Part shown: positions 28,653 through 39,700 of the stretch, piece after piece
How the letters are laid out: each line of letters opens with the position of its first letter
Numbering within the stretch: the stretch's first letter is position 1
Assembly: GCA_050173015.1 (NCBI GenBank)
Contig: JBFXLE010000028.1
Coordinates: forward strand, 1-48,240
DNA length: 48,240 nucleotides
Origin: Calditrichaceae bacterium
GTDB taxonomy: Bacteria; Calditrichota; Calditrichia; Calditrichales; JBFXGD01
Reading direction: 5' to 3'
Translations under genes and position numbers: made by a program
Notes under the pieces: generated by a model
The model's database searches: none
Told to the model about the DNA's origin: nothing
The model's input: only the letters and a program-made list of their open reading frames with translations

Positions 28653-29738
28653 TCAAGGGTTTTCTGATGGTGTTGGTGATTTATTCTCAAATGAAAAGCG
28701 GTTAATATCGGCTTCCGGATGAATGGGAGTTCCGTGTATAAGATTGTTTGTAAAATTAGCCGCGAAATAAGGGGTGAGGGAGACCCCTTTTGTCCCCAGA
28801 CCGTTAAAAATGCCCAAAGACGGAAATAGGGGATGAAGACCGATAACCGGTCTGCGGTCGATCACAACAGGGCGAAATCCCGCCTGCTGATCGATGATTG
28901 AAAACGGTGTTTTTAATATCAGTTTTAATTTACGGATAAGCTCTTCACGGGCCTGGAGAGTCACTGATTCGCACTTATCTTCATGATTGTAGGTAGCGCC
29001 GACCCTGAATAATTGATTCCCGAGCGGGATGATAAAAATGCCGTGTTTAATAATACGACCAGATTTAAGAGCCGGTATTTTTACGGTGAGCAATTCACCC
29101 TTTGTTCCCGATAGCGGGAGCCGGTTAAAATAGGGATTATTTGAAATTCCCGTGCCTTCGCAGAAAATCAATTTTGAAGCTGAAAATTTTTTCCAGAATA
29201 TCATTTCCGGAGTGACTTTTATATCTTGGTAATCAAATTTTTCAGAAAGAAGCTGTTCTTTTTCAATGAAGTCATTTGTAAATAAGAATAACAGCATTTT
29301 TACGTCGACTCGCGCGGAGCCCCGGATTTCAGAGAAGCCAAGCGGGGCGCGAATATGTTTATAATTTAGCGGATCCGGTCCAGAACACACATAGTTTTTG
29401 TACTCCGCGGAAGTTTGTTTTATTTCCCAGTCGTTTTTCTGTTCTGCATGAGTGAAAAGACGCGCGATATTCATTTTAAAAAAGAAGGGTTTTTTGAAAT
29501 ATCCTTCAAGTTCCAGATAAGTTTTTTCCGCAAAAGGAAGCAGAGTATCAGACTGCCAAGTTTTAACCATCCTGCGGCCTGTAACCGGATTTATCAATCC
29601 CGCCGCCACTCTGGATGAAGAGTTTGGTTTAAAAGAATCAACTATTAAAACGCTTTTTCCTGCTTGCCGCAATGAATATGCCAATAATGATCCGGCAAGC
29701 CCTTGACCGACAATTATATAATTATGTTTATTCACCAT
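28653..29738 (-). CDS. FAD-dependent oxidoreductase (DAO/DadA/MnmC-C-terminal-like)
   Basis: IIVGQGLAG dinucleotide-binding motif, SSRVAAGLINP, VGATY, AGFRP, GLGTKG. Confidence 0.85.
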   Translation of the reverse strand: MVNKHNYIIVGQGLAGSLLAYSLRQAGKSVLIVDSFKPNSSSRVAAGLINPVTGRRMVKTWQSDTLLPFAEKTYLELEGYFKKPFFFKMNIARLFTHAEQKNDWEIKQTSAEYKNYVCSGPDPLNYKHIRAPLGFSEIRGSARVDVKMLLFLFTNDFIEKEQLLSEKFDYQDIKVTPEMIFWKKFSASKLIFCEGTGISNNPYFNRLPLSGTKGELLTVKIPALKSGRIIKHGIFIIPLGNQLFRVGATYNHEDKCESVTLQAREELIRKLKLILKTPFSIIDQQAGFRPVVIDRRPVIGLHPLFPSLGIFNGLGTKGVSLTPYFAANFTNNLIHGTPIHPEADINRFSFENKSPTPSENP

Positions 29739-29854
29739 TCGATCTTTTGTTTAAGATGAGCGATAGTATTAAACAATAATTCCAGTGGAACAAAAAGGGG
29801 AGTGTCTTAATTCCGGGAAATTACCGTAAATTAAATCCAACAACCTGCCGTAGG

Positions 29855-30208
29855 TTAAAGAGAAGAAAGATGATCCCGGTCCGATTTTTTCAGACCGGCG
29901 ACGATCAGGTCGTAAGAATCATCTATCCACTCAAAAATCTGTGGATGTCCGATGCTTTGGTCAAGCTGGACCGTGTTCCAGTGTTTTTTATTCATGTGGT
30001 ATCCGGGGGTGACAGCCGGATGTTTCTGCCGGATGGCGACGGCATAGACTGGATCACATTTCAGGTTAATGCTGTAAGGAACAGTAAGATTAATCAGGCA
30101 GAACATTTTATTCATTACTTTAAAAACAAGGGTCGTGTCGTCAAATGGAAATTCGCGCGTCGCCCCCTTTTTTTGGGAACAATAATCAATTACTTTTTGC
30201 AGCGACAT
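29855..30208 (-). CDS. MmcQ/YjbR-family DNA-binding protein
   Basis: FPFD...VFKVMNKMF, NLKCDP, PGYHMNKKHWNTV, IDDSYDL; ATG 30208 follows AAGGA. Confidence 0.9.
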   Translation of the reverse strand: MSLQKVIDYCSQKKGATREFPFDDTTLVFKVMNKMFCLINLTVPYSINLKCDPVYAVAIRQKHPAVTPGYHMNKKHWNTVQLDQSIGHPQIFEWIDDSYDLIVAGLKKSDRDHLSSL

Positions 30209-30294
30209 GGTTGGTTTCCTTATCAAAATTCTCGGTAAAAATTATCATTTTCTAAGCGGATTTATTCTTTTTTGCCCGGGCGTTTTCGGCACCC

Positions 30295-31020
30295 TCATTT
30301 CCCGCTTTCATTCCAGTAGTAAGTGTCGGGATATACCCGGTCACCGAAAATAGCGGTGCCCACCCGTAGCATGGTTGACCCTTCTTCTATGGCAATCTCA
30401 AGGTCACCTGACATACCCATGGATAAGATCTCCATTTCCACGTTTGGTATATTTTCCTCCCGGATACGGATTTGCAATTGTCTGAGAATTCTAAAACATT
30501 TACGGATTTCCTCTTCATCACCGGAAAATATACCGATAGTCATCAATCCTTTTATATGGATGGAATCGTAAGCGGAAGTTTTTTTCACAAGTTCCATGGC
30601 GTGTTCGGGCGCTACGCCAAATTTGCTGTCCTCCTCAGAAGTGTTTACCTGAATCAGGATATTCATGCTTTTGTCTTCAAACCGGAGACGCTGATCCAGT
30701 TTTTCAACCAGATCTAACCGGTCAACGGACTGAATCATGTCAGCGAATTTCAGGGCATCCTTAATTTTGTTCTTTTGAAGATGACCGATAAAATGTTGTT
30801 CGATTTTTTCATTTTTTAAGGCCTCAAATTTTTTTAAGGCCTCCTGAATTTTATTTTCCCCGATAAGCGTTTCACCTTCGTTCAGGGCCATTTTAATGTT
30901 TTCGGGAGATACGGTTTTTGTAGCCAGAAGGAGTTTGACATCGGATGGATTGCGGCCGCAGCGGGCGCAGGCGGTTTCAATCCTTCGGTGGATGATTTTC
31001 AGGTTGCGGATGATATCCAT
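30295..31020 (-). CDS. yggS: PLP homeostasis protein (YggS/PROSC)
   Basis: LLATKT (PLP Lys), GENKIQE, HFIGHLQKNK, QVNTSEEDSKFG, GLMTIG, LSMGMSGD, RVGTAIFG. Confidence 0.95.
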   Translation of the reverse strand: MDIIRNLKIIHRRIETACARCGRNPSDVKLLLATKTVSPENIKMALNEGETLIGENKIQEALKKFEALKNEKIEQHFIGHLQKNKIKDALKFADMIQSVDRLDLVEKLDQRLRFEDKSMNILIQVNTSEEDSKFGVAPEHAMELVKKTSAYDSIHIKGLMTIGIFSGDEEEIRKCFRILRQLQIRIREENIPNVEMEILSMGMSGDLEIAIEEGSTMLRVGTAIFGDRVYPDTYYWNESGK

Positions 31021-31230
31021 TTTAGTCCTTTAGCGATTTTTTCGGCGAACAGTTGTTGCGTTATCAAACAACTTAAATTTCTTTTAAACATCAATCAAGG
31101 GCAGACCCGGTATTTAGGCAGTCCCCTAAAAAATAATTCGGGGTTATAATAATCATAAAAAGGATAAAAATTTTATATTTTAAAGGAAATGTTTTATTTT
31201 TATAAATCGAATCAAAACGGAGATGAGAAG

Positions 31231-33285
31231 ATGAATAGATTCAGCATTCTGATTTTTCTTGTATTTTTTGCTATCGGCGGTTTATTCGCCCAAAAAGCGG
31301 CATTCCAGCTGGATGATCTTTATAAGATAACCGGAGTGGGTGATCCGCGTATCTCACCCGACGGAGAACGAATTGCTTTTGTCGCCGGCAGGAGCAGTCT
31401 TTATGACGGCACGAGTAATTCAGAAGTTTACATCATGGACAATGACGGAAAAAATCTGAGACAGCTCACTGATCATCCTAAATCCGACAGCCATCCGCGC
31501 TGGTCTGCCGATGGTAAACATCTGTTGTTTGTCTCCACTCGTGAAAACGGATCGCAGGCCTGGCTGCTGAATGTGAAAACCGGGGAATCTAATCAGTTAA
31601 CTGATTTGGCGATTGGCGTGAGCAACCCTGAATGGTTAAGCCCGGATAAAATAATCTTTGCCGCGGATGTTTACCTTGAATGCGGCGCCGATGATGAATG
31701 CAATAAAGCAAACGACTCAACATTGGCTAACGGCCCGCTGCAGGCGCATATGGCGGATCAGCTTCTGTACCGTCACTGGACAACCTATAAAGACGGAAAA
31801 CGAACCCATTTGTTTAGTTTTGATTTGAACTCCTCTGAATTAATTGATTTGACTCCGGGTGATTTTGATTCACCCGCTTTTGGCGGAGGTTTTAGTGTTT
31901 CTCCGGACGGAAAAGAGATTTGTGTGGAATCAAACCGGGAAAGTAACGAAGCTGAAACCACGAATAAAGATTTATGGCTTATCGATATTCAGACCGGTGA
32001 ATCAAAAAACATTACCGCATCAAACAAGGCGTATGACGGACAGCCGGCCTATTCTCCGGATGGCCGCTATATTGCCTTTGAAACGCAAAAAGTACCCGGA
32101 TTTGAATCTGATCTCCGGCGTCTCGCGGTGTATGACAGACACAAAAATACAACCAGTGTCTTGTCCGAGATAACCGATAACTGGGTTGGATCCTTTGATT
32201 GGGCGCCGGATTCGAAAAGTATCTATTTCACGATCCATGAAAAAGGCCATTTTCCTCTGTATAATGTGATGGTAAAATCGGGAAAAATCAGAAAAGTTGT
32301 CGATTTAAAAACGATTGACGCGATCACGGTTTCAAAAAACAATAAATGGCTGGCTGTGATCCGCAGGAGCATAGCGGAACCGGCCGAATTGTATAAAGTA
32401 TCGGTAGATGGAAAATCGGAACGGCTTTCTTTTTTCAATAAGGAAATTGAAGAAACCGTTGATCTTCGTCCGGGCGAGGAGATGTGGATCGAGAGTCCCA
32501 CAGGGAAAAAAATTCATACTTTTATCATCAAACCGCATAATTTTGATCCGGCAAAAAAATATCCCCTGATACTGAATGTACACGGCGGACCGCAGTATCA
32601 GTGGTATGACGGATTCCGGGGGGACTGGCAAATGTATCCCGGTTCGGGTTATATCGTGGCGTTTCCGAATCCGCACGGTTCAAGCGGCTACGGGCAGGAA
32701 TTTACAACTGCCATATCCAAAGACTGGGGAGGCAAAGTTTATCAGGATATTATGGCCGTTACTGATTCCCTGGCCAATCTGCCATATGTGGATGAAAATC
32801 GAATGGGCGCCATGGGCTGGTCATACGGCGGTTATATGATGATGTGGCTGGAAGGACATACGACACGCTTTAAAGCGTTGGCTTCAATGATGGGGCTCTA
32901 TAATCTGCCCGCTTTTTACGGCGCCACCGAGGAACTCTGGTTTCCCGAATGGGATTTGGGTGGGACACCATGGGAATCGGAGAGCTATGACCGCTGGTCA
33001 CCACATAAATTTGTCAAAAATTTTAAAACCCCGTGTCTGGTCATCACGGGAGAGCGGGATTACCGCGTGCCCTACACACAGAGTCTGGAGTTTTTTACAG
33101 CGCTGCAAAAGATGGGAGTGGAGTCCCGGTTAATCGTGTTTAAAAACGACGGACATTGGCCAAGTCATGTGAAATCGATGCCGTTTTATTATAACGCGCA
33201 TCTGGACTGGTTCCACAAATATCTGGGTGGAGAACCCGCGCCGTACGATATGAACAAAATGTGGCGCAATCAAGCATTTGAGTAG
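31231..33285 (+). CDS. S9-family (prolyl oligopeptidase/acylaminoacyl) peptidase, exported
   Basis: Signal peptide from ATG 31231; PD40-like propeller repeats (SPDG); HGGP, GWSYGG, DYRV, GHW catalytic triad. Confidence 0.93.
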   Translation: MNRFSILIFLVFFAIGGLFAQKAAFQLDDLYKITGVGDPRISPDGERIAFVAGRSSLYDGTSNSEVYIMDNDGKNLRQLTDHPKSDSHPRWSADGKHLLFVSTRENGSQAWLLNVKTGESNQLTDLAIGVSNPEWLSPDKIIFAADVYLECGADDECNKANDSTLANGPLQAHMADQLLYRHWTTYKDGKRTHLFSFDLNSSELIDLTPGDFDSPAFGGGFSVSPDGKEICVESNRESNEAETTNKDLWLIDIQTGESKNITASNKAYDGQPAYSPDGRYIAFETQKVPGFESDLRRLAVYDRHKNTTSVLSEITDNWVGSFDWAPDSKSIYFTIHEKGHFPLYNVMVKSGKIRKVVDLKTIDAITVSKNNKWLAVIRRSIAEPAELYKVSVDGKSERLSFFNKEIEETVDLRPGEEMWIESPTGKKIHTFIIKPHNFDPAKKYPLILNVHGGPQYQWYDGFRGDWQMYPGSGYIVAFPNPHGSSGYGQEFTTAISKDWGGKVYQDIMAVTDSLANLPYVDENRMGAMGWSYGGYMMMWLEGHTTRFKALASMMGLYNLPAFYGATEELWFPEWDLGGTPWESESYDRWSPHKFVKNFKTPCLVITGERDYRVPYTQSLEFFTALQKMGVESRLIVFKNDGHWPSHVKSMPFYYNAHLDWFHKYLGGEPAPYDMNKMWRNQAFE

Positions 33286-33369
33286 TCTGATTTTGGATCC
33301 CAATTAATTGAAATTTAGGGCGGGCTTTGCTAAATTGACCACAATTCCTGTTTGTTTTGTATAAGAAAG

Positions 33370-33939
33370 ATGATTGTCATGGAAACCGAATTTAATAAAG
33401 AAGTACTTAGCCTGTCCTTTCGTTTTTATTCAAAGGCTTTATCATTTCCTTATGATGAACTGACTCATGAGTTTCAGTATCTCTTTAGGGAAATGGAAAA
33501 AATGGTAGAATCTGATCTGGATAATCTAATCGCGGCAAAAGTGCTTGATGTGATTAATTCCTATCAGGGTGAAGAAATGAGCGCGCTGCAGACAGAATAT
33601 TCTCGTTTATTTTCACATAACGAGACAGAAGCTCCCTTAATCTCCATTCAGTTGACTGATTTTCTGAGTAATTCAAAACATGACGAACTGATGGATTTTC
33701 TCTTAGAAAGTGTGATCCCAATAGATCTTGATGAATATCCGGACACGGTGATGAATGTGCTGGATTACTTTTCGTCAATCATCGGTGAGGAGTCAGAAGA
33801 GATACTCAATGAATTTCTTGAAAAGTTTATCGCGGCGGGGATACCGGCGTTCAGCGAACAGGTTTACAAAGGCAGTAATCTGAATTTTTATAAGGAAATA
33901 GCCAGGGGTCTGAACGAAATGATATATCTGATAACTTGA
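33370..33939 (+). CDS. TorD/DmsD/NarJ-like chaperone (divergent)
   Basis: All-helical and acidic; ALSFP, LQTEYSRLF, EYPDTV..VLDYF (cf. EPxDHxxxEL), FLEKFI, NFYKEIA. Start could be 33370 or 33379. Confidence 0.55.
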   Translation: MIVMETEFNKEVLSLSFRFYSKALSFPYDELTHEFQYLFREMEKMVESDLDNLIAAKVLDVINSYQGEEMSALQTEYSRLFSHNETEAPLISIQLTDFLSNSKHDELMDFLLESVIPIDLDEYPDTVMNVLDYFSSIIGEESEEILNEFLEKFIAAGIPAFSEQVYKGSNLNFYKEIARGLNEMIYLIT

Positions 33940-34029
33940 TTGCCACATGTTTCGGTATTGAGATTTTAAAAATGACTTCAAAGACAATTGTAGTATTTAT
34001 CCTCAAATTGATAAGCCTCACAGGTCAAA

Positions 34030-36435
34030 ATGGCCATCAGGATTGAGAATGACCACATCTTTTTAGGCGTTCGTGATTTAATCAGATCTTCACGCCAACC
34101 CCAGTTGTTATCATCGTTTCCCTTGCCTCAGAGAGGTATGCTTGGCCGAAAAGCACACGATAAAGTTCGTTTGCAAAAAAATAACACGTACGGCCTATTC
34201 CACTCAGAATATTCATTGCGACGCGAATACAATTACCGCGATTTTACTTTTGTGCTGCAGGGGCGAATCGATGGTGTATACCAGTTAAAAAACAAGGTAG
34301 AAGTAGAAGAAATAAAATCAGTTATCCTCACCGGAGCAGAATTTAAAAGGCTCGATATCAGGCATTATCCTGAATTTATTGAACAGGTTAGCACCTATGG
34401 TTACATGCTTCAGGATGAACTTGAAGGTGTTGAGGTCAGCACACATTTAATTCTCGTGAATCTGATCAATGACGCCAGGCGAAAATTTGATATCCCATTT
34501 ATTCGTCAGAATGCGGAAAAACTCTTGTTTCATCGTTTTGATGACATTATCGAAGAGATGGAACATGAAAAGGTCGAAACGGCACTCAGGATGGACGCGC
34601 TTAACAGGATCAGTTTTGATTTGCCGGAAAAGCGTCCTCAGCAGCGTCAGATGATTGAAAGGATTGAAGCAGACCTTAATTCAGGAGCGCACAGTATGGT
34701 ATCGGCGCCAACGGGAACCGGAAAGACCGCAGCGTCTATATTCCCGGCCATCCGGTATGCGATCGCCCATAATAAAAAAATATTCTTTGTTACCTCAAAA
34801 ACGACACAGCAAAATATCGTCAGAGAAACCGTTGAGCCCCTTATCGGGCAGGGATTGGATTTCAAAGTATTATATTTAAGGGCATCAGAGAAAATGTGCG
34901 CGAATGACATATATTTTTGTCATGAAGCTCATTGTAAATTCGCCAAAGATTACAGGGACCGGATGGATGAAACGGATATCCTTCAAAATCTCCTGGAGGA
35001 AAATATACTTACTCCTGAAATTATTTATCAGACTGCTGTTGAAAAGACATTATGCCCGTTTGAAGTTTCAATGGATATAAGCGCGCACTGCGATATGATT
35101 GTCGGGGATTATAATTATGTTTTTGATCCGGCGGTTTTTATTCGCCGGTTGTTCGCGAAAAAAGATTATTCAGACTGGATACTAATCATCGATGAAGCCC
35201 ATAATTTATATGAGCGAGGCATGGATTATCTGTCTCCGGAAATCGGTCGTGAAAATATTGGTAATCTTATAAAATGGCACCATAAGAAAAAAGAGAAAAT
35301 ATTTAGGGATCTTATAAAAGCGCTGCGGGAAATTGATGATCTCATGGGGAAATTAAATCTCGAAGGGGAAATTCACTTTTCGGGGCAGCAATATTTTAAA
35401 GCCGAGCTAAATATTCCTGAGTGGGATAATGTTTTTACACTTTTTGAATCCGTTTTTTTAAAATATCTGATCCATAAAATTAAAAACAAAATTCTGATAA
35501 TGGATGACCCCATTGAACAATTTTATTATAAAATTAGAAGATTCGTAAAGATTGCTCATTTCACGGACAGAGCTTTTGTTCCTTTTTATGACGCTTCCGC
35601 AGGGGGCATTCTTAAAATCCGCTGTTGTGATCCCTCCGATTATCTTGGCCAGCGGATGGATGGATTCCATTCCGTAATTGCCATGTCGGCCACGCTGGAT
35701 CCTATGGATTTTTATCAGGAGGTGCTGGGACTGGGAACCGAAAGGACGAGTGGACTGCGATTAGATTCGCCGTTCTCCGCCAAAAACAGGAAAGTGGTAA
35801 TCGTACCGGGTATATCCACACGATACAAAGACCGCATGAATAGTTACGCCAGGATTGCGGAAGTCATAGAAAATACTATAAATATTAAGTCCGGGAATTA
35901 TCTCGTGTTTTTTCCGGGATACGATTATTTACAAAACGTGAATATTTTTCTCGGGAAGGTAAAATCAGAAAAAATTATTCAGAAAGCGGGATTAAATGAA
36001 ACGGAGCGTGATGAAATTCTCCGGTCTCTGAATGATCATTCCAACCCTCATCTTTTGCTGGGTGTCATGGGTGGTGTATTTTCGGAGGGTGTTGATTATC
36101 GCGGCGATATGGCGATTGGGGTCATAATAGTCAGCCCGGGACTGCCAAAAGTAAGCTATGAGAGGGAACTGCTTAGAGAGTACTATGAAGAAAAGCAAAA
36201 TCAGGGGATGGAATATGCTTTTATATATCCGGGGATGAACAAGGTGATACAGTCTGTCGGAAGGTTGATCCGATCCGCGACTGACAAAGGGATCATCGTC
36301 TTGGTCGGTGAAAGATTTACAGACGATTTGTATAATGCGATATTACCGGATTATTGGTTCGAAAAACACGGTGATATTGAAATTACAGAAAATTATGAGC
36401 AATCAATCCGCCTTTTCTGGAAGCGTTTTGAATGA
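34030..36435 (+). CDS. XPD/Rad3/DinG-family Fe-S helicase with N-terminal PD-(D/E)XK nuclease
   Basis: GRIDG...EEIKS...QVSTYG nuclease motifs; RPQQ Q-motif, APTGTGKT, four Cys (KMC, FC, HC, LCP), DEAH, SATL, FSEGVD, QSVGRLIRS. Confidence 0.9.
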   Translation: MAIRIENDHIFLGVRDLIRSSRQPQLLSSFPLPQRGMLGRKAHDKVRLQKNNTYGLFHSEYSLRREYNYRDFTFVLQGRIDGVYQLKNKVEVEEIKSVILTGAEFKRLDIRHYPEFIEQVSTYGYMLQDELEGVEVSTHLILVNLINDARRKFDIPFIRQNAEKLLFHRFDDIIEEMEHEKVETALRMDALNRISFDLPEKRPQQRQMIERIEADLNSGAHSMVSAPTGTGKTAASIFPAIRYAIAHNKKIFFVTSKTTQQNIVRETVEPLIGQGLDFKVLYLRASEKMCANDIYFCHEAHCKFAKDYRDRMDETDILQNLLEENILTPEIIYQTAVEKTLCPFEVSMDISAHCDMIVGDYNYVFDPAVFIRRLFAKKDYSDWILIIDEAHNLYERGMDYLSPEIGRENIGNLIKWHHKKKEKIFRDLIKALREIDDLMGKLNLEGEIHFSGQQYFKAELNIPEWDNVFTLFESVFLKYLIHKIKNKILIMDDPIEQFYYKIRRFVKIAHFTDRAFVPFYDASAGGILKIRCCDPSDYLGQRMDGFHSVIAMSATLDPMDFYQEVLGLGTERTSGLRLDSPFSAKNRKVVIVPGISTRYKDRMNSYARIAEVIENTINIKSGNYLVFFPGYDYLQNVNIFLGKVKSEKIIQKAGLNETERDEILRSLNDHSNPHLLLGVMGGVFSEGVDYRGDMAIGVIIVSPGLPKVSYERELLREYYEEKQNQGMEYAFIYPGMNKVIQSVGRLIRSATDKGIIVLVGERFTDDLYNAILPDYWFEKHGDIEITENYEQSIRLFWKRFE

Positions 36436-36702
36436 GGCAAAAATAGTTTTGGTCTGTTTCCCACTGTTATTGTGTTCGACCGTCCTGTTTATTAACAAAT
36501 TTTAATCAAAATATTTTAATTCTTTAAAAAGAACTGCCGATAACCTTTGAAGTATATCCAAATTTTTAATTATACTGTTTTGTGCGTGTCTTAAATAGCG
36601 CGGATGATATTTTGTATAATGTTTTTCAAAACATGGTTTTTAAATAATTATCTATCCCGATCAGTCGCTAATGCGGGTATCCGGGAATCTCAGGAATTTA
36701 GG

Positions 36703-39700
36703 ATGAATGATTTCAAAAAATCGAAAAAAGAGCTGATTGCAGAACTTGTGGAATTACGGAAACGGGTCGCCGGAGTGACTGTCAGCGGACCCGGAATCAA
36801 AAAAAACGGGGAAGATGAGAAGTTTCATGTCCTTTTTGAAACCGCGCAGGACGCCATTTTTATAATGGAAGACGGGCTGTATGTGGATTGTAATCAAAAA
36901 GCGCTTGAGATATTTAAATGTACAAAAGAGCAGATCATCGCTTCATCCCCGGAAAAATTTTCACCCGCTATACAGCCTGACGGGCGGGAATCACGGACTA
37001 GTATAAAGAAGATCATTAAGGCCGCCTTAAGCGGTGAACCGCAATTTTTTAAATGGCAACACAAAAAATTTGATCAGACGTTGTTTTCCGCGGAAGTCAG
37101 CATTAAACAGTTTGAATTTTCAAACGAAATTTATATTCTCGCCATTGTAAGAGATATCACAGAATTCAAAAAAACTCAGGATGCGTTGGTCGAAAGTCAG
37201 CAAAGATACGAACTGGCGACGACGGCAGCAAAAGTCGGTGTTTGGGATTTTAATCCGGAAACGAGAAATCTCTATATTGACACTCATATGAAACATATGA
37301 TGGGCTATGATGATCAAGAAATCTCAGAACATATGGACGGGTGGTTCAACCTGGTGCATCCGGATGATAAAGAAATGGTCTATAAGGCTGTCGGCGCCCA
37401 TTTAAATGGTGAAACCGATGCCGTGGAAATAACCCACAGGATGATGCATAAAGACGGAAGCACACGATGGTTATTAGTGAGAGGCAGTCTTGTTCATAAT
37501 TTAAACGGCGATATTACCAGGATGGTGGGAACAAGCACGGATATCACTGATAATAAACTGGCGGAGAAAATTTTTCAGGAGCGTGAACAATTATTCCATT
37601 CGTTGATGGAAACCATGCTCGATGCGGCAATTATATTGGACTGGAACGGTATCATACTTTTTGCCAACAATTCCGCCGCGGAATTAATCGGGGTAAAGTC
37701 TCCGGAAGTAGCATATGGGAAAAATGCGCTTGAATTTGTGTTTGAAGAATATCATGAGGATTTAAAAAATCATTTGATGATGGTTATGAACAATGACGGC
37801 GGATTCCTTGCTGAATATATGATTAAAGCGGTGGACGGTTCTACAAAATGGGTAGAGGGTCTCGGAACAAAAGTTCAGTTCGAAGGCATGGATGCCGATT
37901 TTGTCACGATCAGGGATATTACGGACCGCAGGTCCGCGGAAGAAAAATTGCGGAAAAGTGAGGAACGCTATCGCGCTCTTTTCGAACTTTCGCCCAGCGG
38001 AATCATGTTGGAGGACAGTAATGGGATCATTATTGATGCAAATCCGGCGGTATGTAAATCGTTTGGAAGTTCCAGAAAAGAACTTATCGGATTAAATGTA
38101 CGTGATATTGCCAGTGAAGGCAGAGATATTGTAGAGAGTAATATCAAAAACATCCTGGCCGGTCAATATTTAACTCATGAAGTTAAGAATGATTTGAAAG
38201 ACGGTACAAAATGTATTCTTGAATTAAAAGAAATCAAAATCCAGCTTCCTGAAGGTAAAGACGGAATCCTTGTGATTTCTGATGATATCACGGAACGGAA
38301 ACGTGTGGTAGATGATTTACAGGAGAGCGAGGAAAAATACCGGATTTTGGTTGAGCAGGCGAATGACGGGATTGCCATCATACAAAATACCATTGCCGTA
38401 TATGTTAATCCAAGGCTGGCGGTTATGCGCGGATGCAGGGTTGAAGAGTTGGTCGGAACCTCATTCAAAAACTATGTACATCCGGATGAACTTCCTAAAA
38501 TTATGGAAAGATATCAAAAACGTCTGGATGGAGAAAATGTACCGGCCATTTATGAAACCATTTTGCAAAACGCGAAAGGGGACAACATTTTTGTTGAGAT
38601 AAATGTGGGTCTGATGACCTATCAGCGGAAGCCGGCTGAACTCGTAATTGTCCGTGATATATCACAACGAAAAGCCGTCGAAAACGCTCTGCGTGATTCG
38701 GAAGAAAAAATCAGAGCCATGTTTAATTCGGTTGCTGACGCGATTGTTGTCACCGACTTTGACGGAAAAATTCTTCAACTAAATGATACGACGCTGAAAA
38801 TTTATGGAGGAAATTCACGAGATGCGGTAATCGGTAATAATCTGCTTGATTATGTACTTGATACTGAGAGGGAAGATGCATTGAAAAACATGCAAATGAC
38901 CCGCCATTCAGGTGTCCGCAAAGCGATACAGCATCACAGCATTAGAAAAAACGGGGAAATTTTCCCGGTGGAATTGAGCGCGGCGGTTCTCAGAGACAGT
39001 TCAGGCGAACCAACCGGCTTTATCGCTTCCATAAAAGACATTAGCGAACGAAAGCAGCTGGAAGAACAGCTGTTTCAGGCGTTGAAGATGGAGGCGGTCG
39101 GCAGACTCGCGGGTGGCGTCGCACATGATTTTAATAACCTTTTAACTATTATCCAGGGGTATGTTGATCTGGGTTTCTCCAAAATTACAGAGGCTGAACC
39201 GCTTTTTAAATATCTTGTTCAAATTCGTAACGCGACGGAAAGAGCGGAATCGCTTACCCGTCAGCTTCTGGCATTCGGCAGAAAACAGGTTTTGCAGCTC
39301 CGGGTTATTAATCTGAATTCACTTATTGCTGAAATGGAAAAGATGCTGAGACGCGTAATTCCGGAAAATATTGAATTAAAAACAAAATTGGACAGTGATT
39401 CAGGGAATATTAAAGCCGATCCGGCTCAAATTGAGCGGGTGATCATAAATCTTGCTGTTAATGCCAGAGATGCGATGCTGAATGGCGGGAGACTTGTCAT
39501 TGAAACCAGACAGGTGGAAATAGAACACAGTGAAGAAGACGGATTATGGGATATCCCTGGCGGGAAATACATTTTGCTATCGGTAAGCGATAATGGAATC
39601 GGGATGTCAAAAACTGAAATGGATCATGTTTTCGAGCCTTTTTATACCACAAAAGACAGCGGACAGGGGACCGGGCTTGGTTTGTCAACAGTACATGGAA

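Noticed and set aside
34030-36435. Type IV CRISPR CasDinG or Cas4 locus
   Set aside because: No repeats, spacers or other cas genes in the window.
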